Part shown: in pieces, positions 8,217 to 17,723 of the stretch
Layout: every line of letters begins with the position of its first letter
How positions within the stretch are numbered: position 1 is the stretch's first letter
Assembly: GCA_963666125.1 (NCBI GenBank)
Contig: OY762633.1
Span: 2,050,935-2,114,934 of the forward strand
DNA: 64,000 bases
Direction: 5' to 3'
Source: Dehalococcoidia bacterium
GTDB lineage: Bacteria; Chloroflexota; Dehalococcoidia; Lucifugimonadales; CAJWER01
Notes under the pieces: generated by a model
Database searches by the model: none
What the model saw: only the letters and a program-made list of their open reading frames with translations
Told to the model about the DNA's origin: nothing
Program-made: the position numbers and the translations under genes

Positions 8217-11200
8217 ATGAGCCAGCCCAGCAAGCTCGGCCTGGTAGCAAAGTACGTTGCCGAGGACAGGCTGCTCCTGGCCAGCGTCTTCGCCGCCATC
8301 CTCGTGGCGGTCACGTTGAGCGCCGGCGCACCCGTCTACCTGCGCTCCCTCGAACAGCTCGCGTTCAAGACCGCGCTGCAGCGGCTGCCCGAGAAGGCCG
8401 TGCAGGTACACGTGCTCGCGCCCAACACCGTCCTGGCCTCCGCGGCCATGGAGGGGGTGGACGAGGCCTTGGCCGGGGCGCTGAACGGGACCATTGCGGG
8501 GGCCTACGAGGGCCACGCCAAGTATCTCAGGGGGGCGCGCCAGCTAGTGGGGCACCCGGAGCACCCCGTCCCAGACGAAGGGGTGGCCGGACTCAACATA
8601 ACGCGAGGCTTCCTACAGCACCTATCGGACCTGGAGAGCCACGTCCGCTTCCTGGAGGGTCGGATGGCGACCGACGCGGTCACCATGACGCCCGACGGGC
8701 CCGAGCTGGAGGCGGTCGTGTCGGAGGAGGTGGCCGACGGGTTCGAGCTGCACGTCGGCGACGTGATGAGGCTCAGGCCCTCGGTGGAGGCGCGGAAGGA
8801 GGTCCTGGCGCGCATCGTCGGGGTCGTCGAGGTCGGCGATCCCGACTCCGAGTACTGGCGTTTCGCCGGCGTGTACATGGAGACGCCGCCGCTGGAGCTG
8901 AACCTTCCCTCGGGGTTCGAGGAGACCATCCCCGATGGCGTCGACATCCCAGAGGTCCACATGCTCCCCATGTTCGTGACCGAGCCGGCGATGATCGAGG
9001 CGGTCACGGCAGCCTACCCGGGCTCGCTGGTGAAGCCCAACTGGTTCGTCCTGCTGGACAAGGAGCAGATGGCCCGCTGGCCGGTGGCCGACGCGGAGCG
9101 GCGGATGGCCGGGTTCCGCGACTCGATAATCGAGGCGATGCCCGGCTCCGCCGTGACCGCGTCCGGCGCGAAGAACCTGATCGACAAGCTCCAACGGCGA
9201 AGCTTCCTGACCCAAGTGCCCATGCTGGTGCTCATGCTGCTCACCGTGATCACGGTGCTGTTCTTCATGGTGATGATGGTGTCGTACATCGTGAGCAGCC
9301 GGGAGAGCGACGCGTCGCTCCTGCGCACGCGCGGGGCCGGGATAGTGGAGGTGCTGCGCCTGTACGCGCTGGAGGGGGCGGTGATGGTGGCCGCGGCGGC
9401 CCTGGCGGGCCCGTTCCTGGCCCTGGGCGCGGTGGCGCTGAGCGGGCGGCTGCCGTACTTCGGCGACATCACCCAGGGGAGCCTGCTGCCGGTACGGTTC
9501 GACTACTGGCCCTTCGCCATGGCGGCCGGGGCCGCCCTCGTATGCCTGGCTATCCTCGTGGGGCCGGGCACGGCGGGCGCACGAATGGGCCTTCTCATCC
9601 ACAAGCTGCGGTCATCCCGCCCTCCGACGGTGCCGTTCTTCCACAGGTACCACCTGGACGTGGCCCTGCTGGTCCTGGGCGGGCTGGTATTCTGGGAGCT
9701 GGAAGCGCGCGGCAACGTCGCATCCGGGGGGCTGTTCGAGGCGGCGGAGATCAACGAGACGCTGCTGGCCGCGCCGGTGCTGCTGCTGATCGTCGTGGCG
9801 CTGCTGTTCATGAGGCTATTCCCGCTGCTCATCAGGTACGTCAGCGGCGAATCGCCCGGCCTGGCGCACCTGCTGGCCTTTGTATCCACGACCGCCCTCG
9901 CCGCCGGAGCGGCTGCGCGCGGGATCTTCGGGGACGGCGACGCGGACTGGCCCCTGCACTCGTCTCTGGCGATGCTGACGGGCGCGGCGTACTGGGCAAC
10001 GCTGCGAGCCCCGGGCTCATACGCCAGGATCCTGGGGCTGGCGGCGCAGGCCATCCCGGCCGCCGCGCTCCTTGTCCTGCGCCCGCCCGACGCCGCCGAT
10101 CCGCTGACCGCGCCGACCATCGGCCTCGCGGCCCTAGTGCCGGCGCAGCTACTCTTCGACCTGCTCCGGGCCGTCGTGCGGCGATTGCCGGTGTGGCTGT
10201 CCCTGGGGCTGGTACGGATGGCCCGCAGCCCGCTCCAGTACTCCTGGCTCATCCTGATGCTGGTGCTGGCCACGGGCCTCGCCATATTCGCCACGACCGT
10301 CGGCGGGACGCTGGAGACGAGCCACACCCACAGGGCGCTGTACGAGTCCGGCTCGGACCTCCGCGTGGCGGGGTTCACCGCACACCGCGCGGGCGGCCTG
10401 CAGGGGCTGCTGGCCCGCTACCTGTCGACCCCCGGCATCGAGAACGTCGCCCTGGGATACCGCTCGACCGGCACGATCGGCCCGGTACAGTTCGAGCTTC
10501 TCGGCCTGGAGCCCGACAGGCTGGGCGGCGACATGCTCTGGTACCGGAGCGACTTCTCCGAGCAGCCCATCGACGGCGTGCTCTCGCAGCTCGGGGCGGA
10601 CGAGCGCCGCCCCAGGCTCACCCTGCCGGAGGGGGCGGTCTCGATCAGCGCGTGGGTCAAGCCCATCGCGCACCATCCGCAGGCCGAGCTATGGCTCGCC
10701 GTACACGACCACGTGGCCTTCCCCTCGCAGCTCAAGCTGGGCACCATGACCGGCAACGACTGGCAGCTCATGACGGCCGAGATACCGGACCACGTCACCC
10801 CGCCCGTCACTCTCCTCGCGCTCCAGATCGTGGAGCCCTCGTTCCTCTACGGGCTCGAGACGCCCGGCGCCCTCCTCGTGGACGACATCCACGCCACGAC
10901 GGCCGATGGCGCCGCGCATGTGCTGGAGGACTTCGAGGGCGACCTGCACTGGACGCCCATCATCGCGGCGGACATCTCGTCGGACCGGTTCGCCATCACT
11001 GCGGACGAGGCCCGCGCGGGGCGGCAGTCGGGCGCCCTCGTCTTCGGCAGCGACACGGACCAGGGCTACCGCGGCTTCTACAGCAACCCCAACCCCGGCG
11101 CGATGCCGGTGGTCGCGAGCACGTCATTGCTGGAGGCGGCCGGGGCGCAGGTCGGCGATACCTTCGTTGCCAGGATCAGCGGCAGGCGGATGCCCGTCGT

Positions 11201-11891
11201 CATCACCGGCGCGGTCGACTACTTCCCGACGCTGGACCCCGACGGCGGGCGGTTCCTGCTGACGGACATGGACAGCGTGCTCAGGCACCTAAACGTACTC
11301 GGCTCCGCCCACAGGTTCCAGCCCAACGAGCTGTTCGTGATGACCGAGGACCGCACCCACAAGGACGTGCGCGCCGAGGTCGACGAAATCGTGGGGCGCG
11401 ACGGCATCGTCGTGGACGGCGTGGCGGAACTGGAGGAGCTGCGGCTCGACCCGCTGGTCACGGCGGGCTGGCGGCCCATGGTGCTGCTGTCGCCGCCCGT
11501 CGCCGTGCTGGTATCGGCCCTGGGCTACCTGGCGTACCTGCTCCTGCTGTCCAGGCGGTCGGGCGGCGAGATGGGGATGCTCCGCACCATTGGCGTCTCC
11601 CGGGGCCAGCTAATGGGCCTGCTGACCTTCGAGAACGTGATGATCGCGGGCGTCGGCATCGGGCTGGGAAGCTGGGCCGGTTTCCAGGCCAGCGCAATGA
11701 TGGTCACGCCCCTCGTGGTGACGGAGACCGGACGGGCCGTCGTGCCGCCCTTCCACATGCTCACCAACTGGGCCCTCATGGGCCCGACCTACGCCGCGCT
11801 GGCGCTGGTCCTCGCCGCCGCGCTATTCATACTGGGCCGCAGCGTGTGGCGCGTCCACCTGGCCAGCATAACCCGCCTGGAGGCGAATTGA
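8217..11891 (+). CDS. ABC transporter permease, double FtsX/MacB-type with two large extracytoplasmic domains
   Basis: In-frame ATG 8217 within ORF 7626..11891; the upstream part overlaps the MoxR gene and is S/R/P-rich junk. Order of parts: TM helix, a domain of roughly 300 aa, an FtsX TM bundle, extra TMs, a second large domain, and a C-terminal FtsX bundle (GVSRGQLMGLLTFENVMIAGVGIGLGSWAG). Confidence 0.8.
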   Translation: MSQPSKLGLVAKYVAEDRLLLASVFAAILVAVTLSAGAPVYLRSLEQLAFKTALQRLPEKAVQVHVLAPNTVLASAAMEGVDEALAGALNGTIAGAYEGHAKYLRGARQLVGHPEHPVPDEGVAGLNITRGFLQHLSDLESHVRFLEGRMATDAVTMTPDGPELEAVVSEEVADGFELHVGDVMRLRPSVEARKEVLARIVGVVEVGDPDSEYWRFAGVYMETPPLELNLPSGFEETIPDGVDIPEVHMLPMFVTEPAMIEAVTAAYPGSLVKPNWFVLLDKEQMARWPVADAERRMAGFRDSIIEAMPGSAVTASGAKNLIDKLQRRSFLTQVPMLVLMLLTVITVLFFMVMMVSYIVSSRESDASLLRTRGAGIVEVLRLYALEGAVMVAAAALAGPFLALGAVALSGRLPYFGDITQGSLLPVRFDYWPFAMAAGAALVCLAILVGPGTAGARMGLLIHKLRSSRPPTVPFFHRYHLDVALLVLGGLVFWELEARGNVASGGLFEAAEINETLLAAPVLLLIVVALLFMRLFPLLIRYVSGESPGLAHLLAFVSTTALAAGAAARGIFGDGDADWPLHSSLAMLTGAAYWATLRAPGSYARILGLAAQAIPAAALLVLRPPDAADPLTAPTIGLAALVPAQLLFDLLRAVVRRLPVWLSLGLVRMARSPLQYSWLILMLVLATGLAIFATTVGGTLETSHTHRALYESGSDLRVAGFTAHRAGGLQGLLARYLSTPGIENVALGYRSTGTIGPVQFELLGLEPDRLGGDMLWYRSDFSEQPIDGVLSQLGADERRPRLTLPEGAVSISAWVKPIAHHPQAELWLAVHDHVAFPSQLKLGTMTGNDWQLMTAEIPDHVTPPVTLLALQIVEPSFLYGLETPGALLVDDIHATTADGAAHVLEDFEGDLHWTPIIAADISSDRFAITADEARAGRQSGALVFGSDTDQGYRGFYSNPNPGAMPVVASTSLLEAAGAQVGDTFVARISGRRMPVVITGAVDYFPTLDPDGGRFLLTDMDSVLRHLNVLGSAHRFQPNELFVMTEDRTHKDVRAEVDEIVGRDGIVVDGVAELEELRLDPLVTAGWRPMVLLSPPVAVLVSALGYLAYLLLLSRRSGGEMGMLRTIGVSRGQLMGLLTFENVMIAGVGIGLGSWAGFQASAMMVTPLVVTETGRAVVPPFHMLTNWALMGPTYAALALVLAAALFILGRSVWRVHLASITRLEAN

Positions 11892-11898
11892 GGAGCCC

Positions 11899-14800
11899 AT
11901 GACTGATAGCGCTCCCAGCATAGTGTCCCGGGCCGCCCGGGCCGTTGCGCGGCTGGCGGTCGTGTGGCAGCTTGTGATCAGGCGCAGCCTGTCGAACTGG
12001 CGGCTGCTGTCGTCGGTCGTGATCGGCGTGCTGCTCGCCTCGTCCCTGATGGCGGGCACGGTCATATACTTCGACGCGCTGCGGGAGACGGCCCTGGAGA
12101 GCACGCTCGCCCAGGCGTCGCCCACGGACCTGGACATCGTGCTCCAGTCGACGCGGGGGCCGACGACGCAGGACGAGTACCTGCGGCTGAACGACGCGGC
12201 CGTGGACGAGATCAACGCCCGCGTCTCGTGGATGCTGAAGGGGTCGGTGCGCGCCGGACGCTCGCCCACGATGTTCCTGGCGCGGCCCGGCATGGAGGAG
12301 GAGGCGGGGAGGGACAACGCGCGGACATACTTCGTGTTCATCGACGGGCTCGGCGAGAACGTCGAGGTCGCCCAGTGGGGCCGTTTGTCCACCGGCGACG
12401 CCCTGCACGGGCCCGGCGAGCCCCCCGCCGTGGAGGCCGTGGTACCGCGCGAGGCCGCCGAGCTGTTCGGCGTCGGGGTCGGCGACAGCCTGGTGGCCGT
12501 GCCGACGTGGAGCGACGACGCGCCGTTCGTCAACGTGGTCGTCAGCGGCGTATTCGACAGGGCCGAACCCGGGAGCGAGCTGTGGCATCTCGACTCCGTG
12601 ATGGGGACGGCGGCGGGCGAGGAGTTCCGCACCATCCCGTTCTACGTCACCGAGTCGGCGTTCCTGAACGTGGTGGGCCCGCCGCTGCTGAAGATGGACA
12701 GCACCTACTACTACCTGCTCGACGTGGACGAGGGCCGCTTGAACGCCAGGAACGCACCCATAGCCGCGTCGAATATTTTGTCCTTGGGTGCGCACCTCGA
12801 CACCACGCTCAACGAGCACCTGCAGGCGACGACGCTGGACGACGTGATACGGCGGTACGACCGGAGGCTCTTCTTCAGCAAGCTGCCCATGTACATGGTG
12901 CTCGCCCTGATCGGGGTCGTCGTCCTCTACTACGTCGCCACGCTCTCCTCGCTGGTCGTTGAGACCCGGCGCAACGAGGTGGTGCTGCTGAGGAGCCGCG
13001 GCGGGAGCTCGCCGCAGGTGCTGGTCGTGTTCGTGCTGGAGGGGCTGACCATCGCGGTCCTGGCGACGGTGGCCGCGCCCCTCGTCGCGGCGGGCGCGAT
13101 CAGCCTGATGGGGCTCACGCCTGCCTTCTCGGACCTGACGGGCGGCTCGCCCCTCGACGTGCGCCTGTCGCCGACCGCGTTCGTGCTCGGGGCCGTCGGC
13201 GGCGTGCTGGGGCTGGTCGCCCTCGTCCTGCCTGCCTTCCAGGTATCGCGCACGGGCGTCATCCGCCACAGGCAGGAGTCTGCGAGGCCGACGGCGCTGC
13301 CGGCGTTCCAGCGCTACTACGTGGACGTGCTGCTGCTCATCGTGAGCATCTACCTGTTCAGGCAGCTCACGGAGCAGGGCTCGGTGGTTGCCACCGACCT
13401 GCTCGGCGAGTCGGCGGTGAGCGAACTGCTCCTCGCCCTACCGGGCCTGACCCTCATAGCCGCGGCGGTGGTGCTGCTCCGCATATTCCCCGTCGCCATG
13501 AACCTGGCGGGCAGGCTGCTGTCGGGCTCGATACCTGCGGGCTTGGTCATGGGCATATGGCAGATGGCGCGGAGCCCGACCCACTACGCCCGGCTATCGC
13601 TGCTGCTCATCCTGGCGGCTGGCCTGGGCATATTCGCGTCCAGCTTCGGCGCGACCCTGGAGAGGAGCTTCCTGGAGCGGGTACTCCACTCCACGGGGGC
13701 GGACGTGAAGGTGGAGGGCATACAGGGGCGCGATTTCACCGAGGCGGGAGCGGCGGCCCTGTCCGCGGAGTACGCCGGCGTGCAGGGCGTCGGCACGGCC
13801 ACGGCGGTGCTGAGGAAGAACGGCCAGGACCTGTCGAGGCTCACGGGCATCCCGTTCGAGATGTTCGGCATCGACCCGGCGGCGTTCGGCGGCGTGGCGT
13901 TCTTCCGGGAGGACTACGCGGAGGGCCAGATCGAGGCCCTGCTGCCCAGGCTCGACCAAGCCCCGCCGGACGGGCTGGAGCTTCCGTCCGGCACGTCGTC
14001 GCTGACTATTCGAGTCAAGCCGGACCGCCCCCATCCGGGGGTCAGGATGACGGCGCAGGTCCGGGACGCCGGGGGCGAGCACAGGACGCTGTCGCTGGGC
14101 AGGCTGGCGTCGGGCGACTGGGAGGACCTGACGGCGGAGGCCCCCGGAGGGCTGGGACGGACGCCGGTGTCCCTGGTCTCGCTGCGGCTACACGAGACCG
14201 ACCCCTTCGTGGACCTGCAGGCAGGCTCCCTGCTGATCGACGAGATCAGCGTCTCCACGCCGGGCGGCGCGGTCACGCTGGAGTCCTTCGACGACGTGGA
14301 CTGGGCGCCGCTGCTCGGCACGGACGAGGCCATATCCGACGCCGTCGGGCCCGCGAGCGCCGTCCTCCCAGGCGAGACGGGCTCGGCGCTGTTCACATGG
14401 TCGGAGGGCGCGCCGCAGACCATCCGCGGCATCTTCAAGGGGGCCGGGCGCGTGCCCATACCCGCCCTCGCGAGCAGGCCGTACGTCCAGGACACGGGGC
14501 ACGCCCAAGGGGAGGAGTTCGAGGTGCTGGTCGCGGGCCACCGCGTACCCATCCTGCTGGCGGGCGTGGTCGACCTGTTCCCTACGGTCACGTCGCGGGA
14601 CGGGCGCTACCTCGTCACGGACGTCGACGCGCTCACCGGGTACGCGAACATGGCGGCCCTCGGGGATGCGCTCACGGCGAACCAGGTGTGGCTGGTGTCG
14701 TCCACGTCGGGGGCGGAGCGGGGCCGGCTGGTGGATGACCTGCAAATCCTCGGAGGCCCGACGACCGTAGTCTACGACAGGGAGCGGCGACTGGAGGAGA

Positions 14801-15252
14801 CCAGGGTCGACCCCCTCGTGAACGCCGGCTGGAGGTCGCTGCTATTCCTGTCGTTCGCCGCCGTGCTGATACTGAGCTGCATCGGGTTCCTCGTGCACGC
14901 GTACGTCTCGTACAGGAGCCGCCTCGTCCAGTTTGCCCTGATGAGGACGGTTGGCGTCTCCGTTTCGCAATTGATTACAATGGTGTGGGTGGAGCAGGCG
15001 ATGGTCGTGGCCGTGGGCATGGCCCTGGGCACGTGGATGGGCGCCCGCCTCGGCGCGGTCATCATGCCGTTCCTGGGCCACGACGACTGGGGAGACCGGG
15101 TTGTGCCCCCGTTTACGACCGAAGTAGACTGGACGGCGCTTCTAGCCACCTACGGGCTGATGTTCGCCGTGTTCGCGGTCATCACCCTGGGGCTGGTGTG
15201 GCTGATACGGAGGATTTCCGTGCACTCGGTGCTGCGGCTGGGCGATTCCTAG
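11899..15252 (+). CDS. ABC transporter permease, double FtsX/MacB-type (paralogue of previous gene)
   Basis: 1117 aa. GAGGAG RBS upstream of ATG 11899, 7 nt after the upstream stop. Same architecture as the previous gene. C-terminal FtsX bundle MRTVGVSVSQLITMVWVEQAMVVAVGMALGTWMG. Confidence 0.85.
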   Translation: MTDSAPSIVSRAARAVARLAVVWQLVIRRSLSNWRLLSSVVIGVLLASSLMAGTVIYFDALRETALESTLAQASPTDLDIVLQSTRGPTTQDEYLRLNDAAVDEINARVSWMLKGSVRAGRSPTMFLARPGMEEEAGRDNARTYFVFIDGLGENVEVAQWGRLSTGDALHGPGEPPAVEAVVPREAAELFGVGVGDSLVAVPTWSDDAPFVNVVVSGVFDRAEPGSELWHLDSVMGTAAGEEFRTIPFYVTESAFLNVVGPPLLKMDSTYYYLLDVDEGRLNARNAPIAASNILSLGAHLDTTLNEHLQATTLDDVIRRYDRRLFFSKLPMYMVLALIGVVVLYYVATLSSLVVETRRNEVVLLRSRGGSSPQVLVVFVLEGLTIAVLATVAAPLVAAGAISLMGLTPAFSDLTGGSPLDVRLSPTAFVLGAVGGVLGLVALVLPAFQVSRTGVIRHRQESARPTALPAFQRYYVDVLLLIVSIYLFRQLTEQGSVVATDLLGESAVSELLLALPGLTLIAAAVVLLRIFPVAMNLAGRLLSGSIPAGLVMGIWQMARSPTHYARLSLLLILAAGLGIFASSFGATLERSFLERVLHSTGADVKVEGIQGRDFTEAGAAALSAEYAGVQGVGTATAVLRKNGQDLSRLTGIPFEMFGIDPAAFGGVAFFREDYAEGQIEALLPRLDQAPPDGLELPSGTSSLTIRVKPDRPHPGVRMTAQVRDAGGEHRTLSLGRLASGDWEDLTAEAPGGLGRTPVSLVSLRLHETDPFVDLQAGSLLIDEISVSTPGGAVTLESFDDVDWAPLLGTDEAISDAVGPASAVLPGETGSALFTWSEGAPQTIRGIFKGAGRVPIPALASRPYVQDTGHAQGEEFEVLVAGHRVPILLAGVVDLFPTVTSRDGRYLVTDVDALTGYANMAALGDALTANQVWLVSSTSGAERGRLVDDLQILGGPTTVVYDRERRLEETRVDPLVNAGWRSLLFLSFAAVLILSCIGFLVHAYVSYRSRLVQFALMRTVGVSVSQLITMVWVEQAMVVAVGMALGTWMGARLGAVIMPFLGHDDWGDRVVPPFTTEVDWTALLATYGLMFAVFAVITLGLVWLIRRISVHSVLRLGDS

Positions 15253-15323
15253 AATGAGAGGCGTGATACCCTAGACGAAGATTCGATACGACCGCTTCGG
15301 CGGAGCGCCTGAGGACTGGTGAA

Positions 15324-16205
15324 ATGACCTCGAACAACGCGTACATAGTCTGCGAGGACCTGTTCAAGATCTACAAGATCGCCGACCTGGAGGTGGTGGC
15401 TCTGCGGGGCCTCGACCTGGTGGTCGACCAGGGCGAGGTGGTGGCCATCGTGGGGGCGAGCGGCAGCGGCAAGACGACCCTGCTCAACATCCTCGCCGGG
15501 TACGACTCGCCCTCCGCGGGCAAGGTTACGGTCGGCGACAAGGACCTGCTCCGCATGACGGGGAAGGACGTGGAGCTGTACCGGCGCGAGGACGTGGGGT
15601 TCGTCTGGCAGCAGACCAGCCGGAACCTCTTCCCGTACCTGACGGCCCTGGAGAACGTCGCGCTGCCGATGATGCTCACCAGCCTGCCGTCGAAGGAGCG
15701 CCGGGCCAGGGCCGAGGAGCTGCTGGAGCTGATGGGAATGGGGCACCGCATGGGCCACACGCCGGAGAAGCTGTCGGGCGGCGAGCAGCAGAGGGTCGCC
15801 ATCGGCGTCGCCCTCGCCAACCATCCGCCGCTCCTGCTGGCCGACGAGCCGACCGGCGAGCTGGACGACGCCACGGCGGGGGAGATTCTCGACCTGTTCG
15901 GCACCGTCAACCGCGAGCTGAACACGACCATCGTCATCGTCACCCACGACCCTGACATCGCATACAAGGTCGGGCGCGTGGTGCTCGTCCGCGACGGCAA
16001 GACGTCGACCGAGATCAGGCGCAGGGTGAGCTACCAGCGCATCACCGGCGACGCCGAGGCCGACGCCGCGCTGGAGGAGTTCACGCTCGTGGACGGCGCG
16101 GGCAGGGTGCAGATCCCCAGGGAGATGCTGGAGGAGCTGAAGATCAAGGAGCGGGCCAGGCTGGTGGTCGAGGACGGCAAGCTGACGGTAGTATCAGGCG
16201 ACTGA
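15324..16205 (+). CDS. ABC transporter ATP-binding protein (MacB/LolD-like) with C-terminal AbrB/SpoVT-like domain
   Basis: Walker A GASGSGKTT, signature LSGGEQQRVAIGVAL, Walker B LLLADEPTGELD, H-loop IVTHD. An extra tail of about 60 aa ends in VDGAGRVQIPREMLEELKIKERARLVVEDGKLTV, which matches the swapped-hairpin AbrB/MazE pattern. Confidence 0.9.
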   Translation: MTSNNAYIVCEDLFKIYKIADLEVVALRGLDLVVDQGEVVAIVGASGSGKTTLLNILAGYDSPSAGKVTVGDKDLLRMTGKDVELYRREDVGFVWQQTSRNLFPYLTALENVALPMMLTSLPSKERRARAEELLELMGMGHRMGHTPEKLSGGEQQRVAIGVALANHPPLLLADEPTGELDDATAGEILDLFGTVNRELNTTIVIVTHDPDIAYKVGRVVLVRDGKTSTEIRRRVSYQRITGDAEADAALEEFTLVDGAGRVQIPREMLEELKIKERARLVVEDGKLTVVSGD

Positions 16206-16213
16206 CGCCCCGC

Positions 16214-16246
16214 TCCTTCCTCTCGGGGGAAGGCAGGATGGGGGCT
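16214..16246 (+). repeat. Intercistronic hairpin module, copy 2
   Basis: CCTTCCTC-tcg-GGGGGAAGG followed by cAGGATGGGGGCT, between the two ABC ATPase genes. Same stem, same loop size and same 12-nt tail as the copy at 441-476 (opposite strand). Confidence 0.6.
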
Positions 16247-16265
16247 GTTCTTGGAGGACTGAGAC

Positions 16266-16979
16266 TTGAGCACGAACGGAAACATCGTCGAGACCATAGA
16301 CGTGGGCAGGACCTACATGCTGGGCTCCGAGGAGGTGGTCGCCGTGAACGGCGTGAGCCTGGAGGTTCGCCCCGGCCAGTTCATCGCGGTCGTGGGCCGG
16401 TCCGGCTCCGGCAAGACGACCCTGCTGAACCTGATCGCGGGCCTGGACCAGGCGACCTCGGGCGTCGTCCTGTTCGAAGGCAGGGACCTGTCGCAGATGA
16501 ATGAGAAGGAGCTGACGGAGATACGCCGCCACAAGATCGGGTTCGTATTCCAGTCCTTCGGGCTGCTGCCGCTGCTCTCCGCATTCGAGAACGTGGAGTT
16601 GCCGCTGCGGATCTCCGGCGTGCGGGCCAGGGAGCGCGAGCAGCGGGCGCGCGACGCCCTGGAGATGGTCGGCCTGACGAGGCGCGCCAACCACAGGCCC
16701 TACGAGCTGTCGGGCGGCGAGCAGCAGAGGGTCGCCATCGCCCGCGCCGTCGTATCCGAGCCGCCCCTGATCCTGGCCGACGAGCCGACGGGGGAGCTCG
16801 ACTCGAACAACGCACGGTCGATCTTCGGCCTGTTCCGCGAGATGGTCCACGAGCGCGGCATCAGCGTCGTAGCCGCAACCCACGACTCTACCCTGCTGGC
16901 CATGGCCGACTCGGTCAAGGAGATGCGCGACGGCTCGATGGTGGAGGGCACTGCGGAGGCCAGGCGGTATAGGAGCTAG
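16266..16979 (+). CDS. ABC transporter ATP-binding protein (MacB/LolD-like)
   Basis: 237 aa, TTG start. Walker A GRSGSGKTT, signature LSGGEQQRVAIARAV, Walker B LILADEPTGELD, H-loop AATHD. Confidence 0.9.
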   Translation: MSTNGNIVETIDVGRTYMLGSEEVVAVNGVSLEVRPGQFIAVVGRSGSGKTTLLNLIAGLDQATSGVVLFEGRDLSQMNEKELTEIRRHKIGFVFQSFGLLPLLSAFENVELPLRISGVRAREREQRARDALEMVGLTRRANHRPYELSGGEQQRVAIARAVVSEPPLILADEPTGELDSNNARSIFGLFREMVHERGISVVAATHDSTLLAMADSVKEMRDGSMVEGTAEARRYRS

Positions 16980-16983
16980 GACC

Positions 16984-17721
16984 ATGAAGTCCATTGTCCG
17001 CCTATTTGTGGACTGGCGTTTGTGGACTCGCGGGAGCAGAGCTGTGACGGCAACCGGCAATACCAAGCGCATAGCGTGCCTCGCCAATTCACGCAAGCGT
17101 AGAGGCCGATGTATCGCCGGCAAGGAGATCCTGGAGGACGGACGCATAGGCGGATGGATTCGGCCGGTAAGCGATCGTGAAGACGAAGAAGTGTCGGAGT
17201 ACGAACGCCGGTACGAGGATGGCGGCGACCCACGGGTTCTCGACGTCATAGACGTGCCAGTTGTGGAGCCGCGTCCAAAGGGCTACCAACGTGAGAACTG
17301 GCTACTCGACCCGAGCCATCGCTGGGAGAGGGTGCGCCGCGTCGCACTGAATGACCTGTCGCAATTCACCGACTCGCCAGGGCCGCTATGGACCAACGGG
17401 TTCAGCACGCGCCATGGACGGAACGACAGGGTTCCGGGTGACAACCGCCTCGATAGCTCGCTGCGGCTCATCCGGGTCGATGGGCTGGAGCTATCGGTAT
17501 CTTCACCTAGTGCGGATTTCGGTGACTTCACACGCAGGGTGCAGGGTCGTTTCCGGTATGGAGGCACGGACTACTGGCTTCGTGTCACAGATCCCGAATA
17601 TGAACAGAGATACCTGCAAGAGCCAAACGGCACCTATTCGATTGGTGAAAGGTTCGTTACCGTCAGCCTTGGGGAGCCGTACCAGGGCTATGCTTACAAG
17701 CTCATCGCTGCCGTCATCTGA
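16984..17721 (+). CDS. Hypothetical protein with N-terminal Cys pair (family not recognised with confidence)
   Basis: 245-aa ORF starting 4 nt after the ABC ATPase stop; GTG 17044 is an alternative start. Conserved-looking N-terminus RIACLANSRKRRGRCIAGKE..GGWIRPVS, beta-rich remainder, no TM. GC is lower by eye than in the flanks. Confidence 0.6.
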   Translation: MKSIVRLFVDWRLWTRGSRAVTATGNTKRIACLANSRKRRGRCIAGKEILEDGRIGGWIRPVSDREDEEVSEYERRYEDGGDPRVLDVIDVPVVEPRPKGYQRENWLLDPSHRWERVRRVALNDLSQFTDSPGPLWTNGFSTRHGRNDRVPGDNRLDSSLRLIRVDGLELSVSSPSADFGDFTRRVQGRFRYGGTDYWLRVTDPEYEQRYLQEPNGTYSIGERFVTVSLGEPYQGYAYKLIAAVI

Positions 17722-17723
17722 AC

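Noticed and set aside
16238-16504. An ORF starting at the ATG inside hairpin-module copy 2 (MGAVLGG...).
   Set aside because: It is out of frame with, and fully overlapped by, the ABC ATPase gene, which has intact Walker and signature motifs. Its product is R/G/P-rich. The ATG is more likely a passive part of the repeat.
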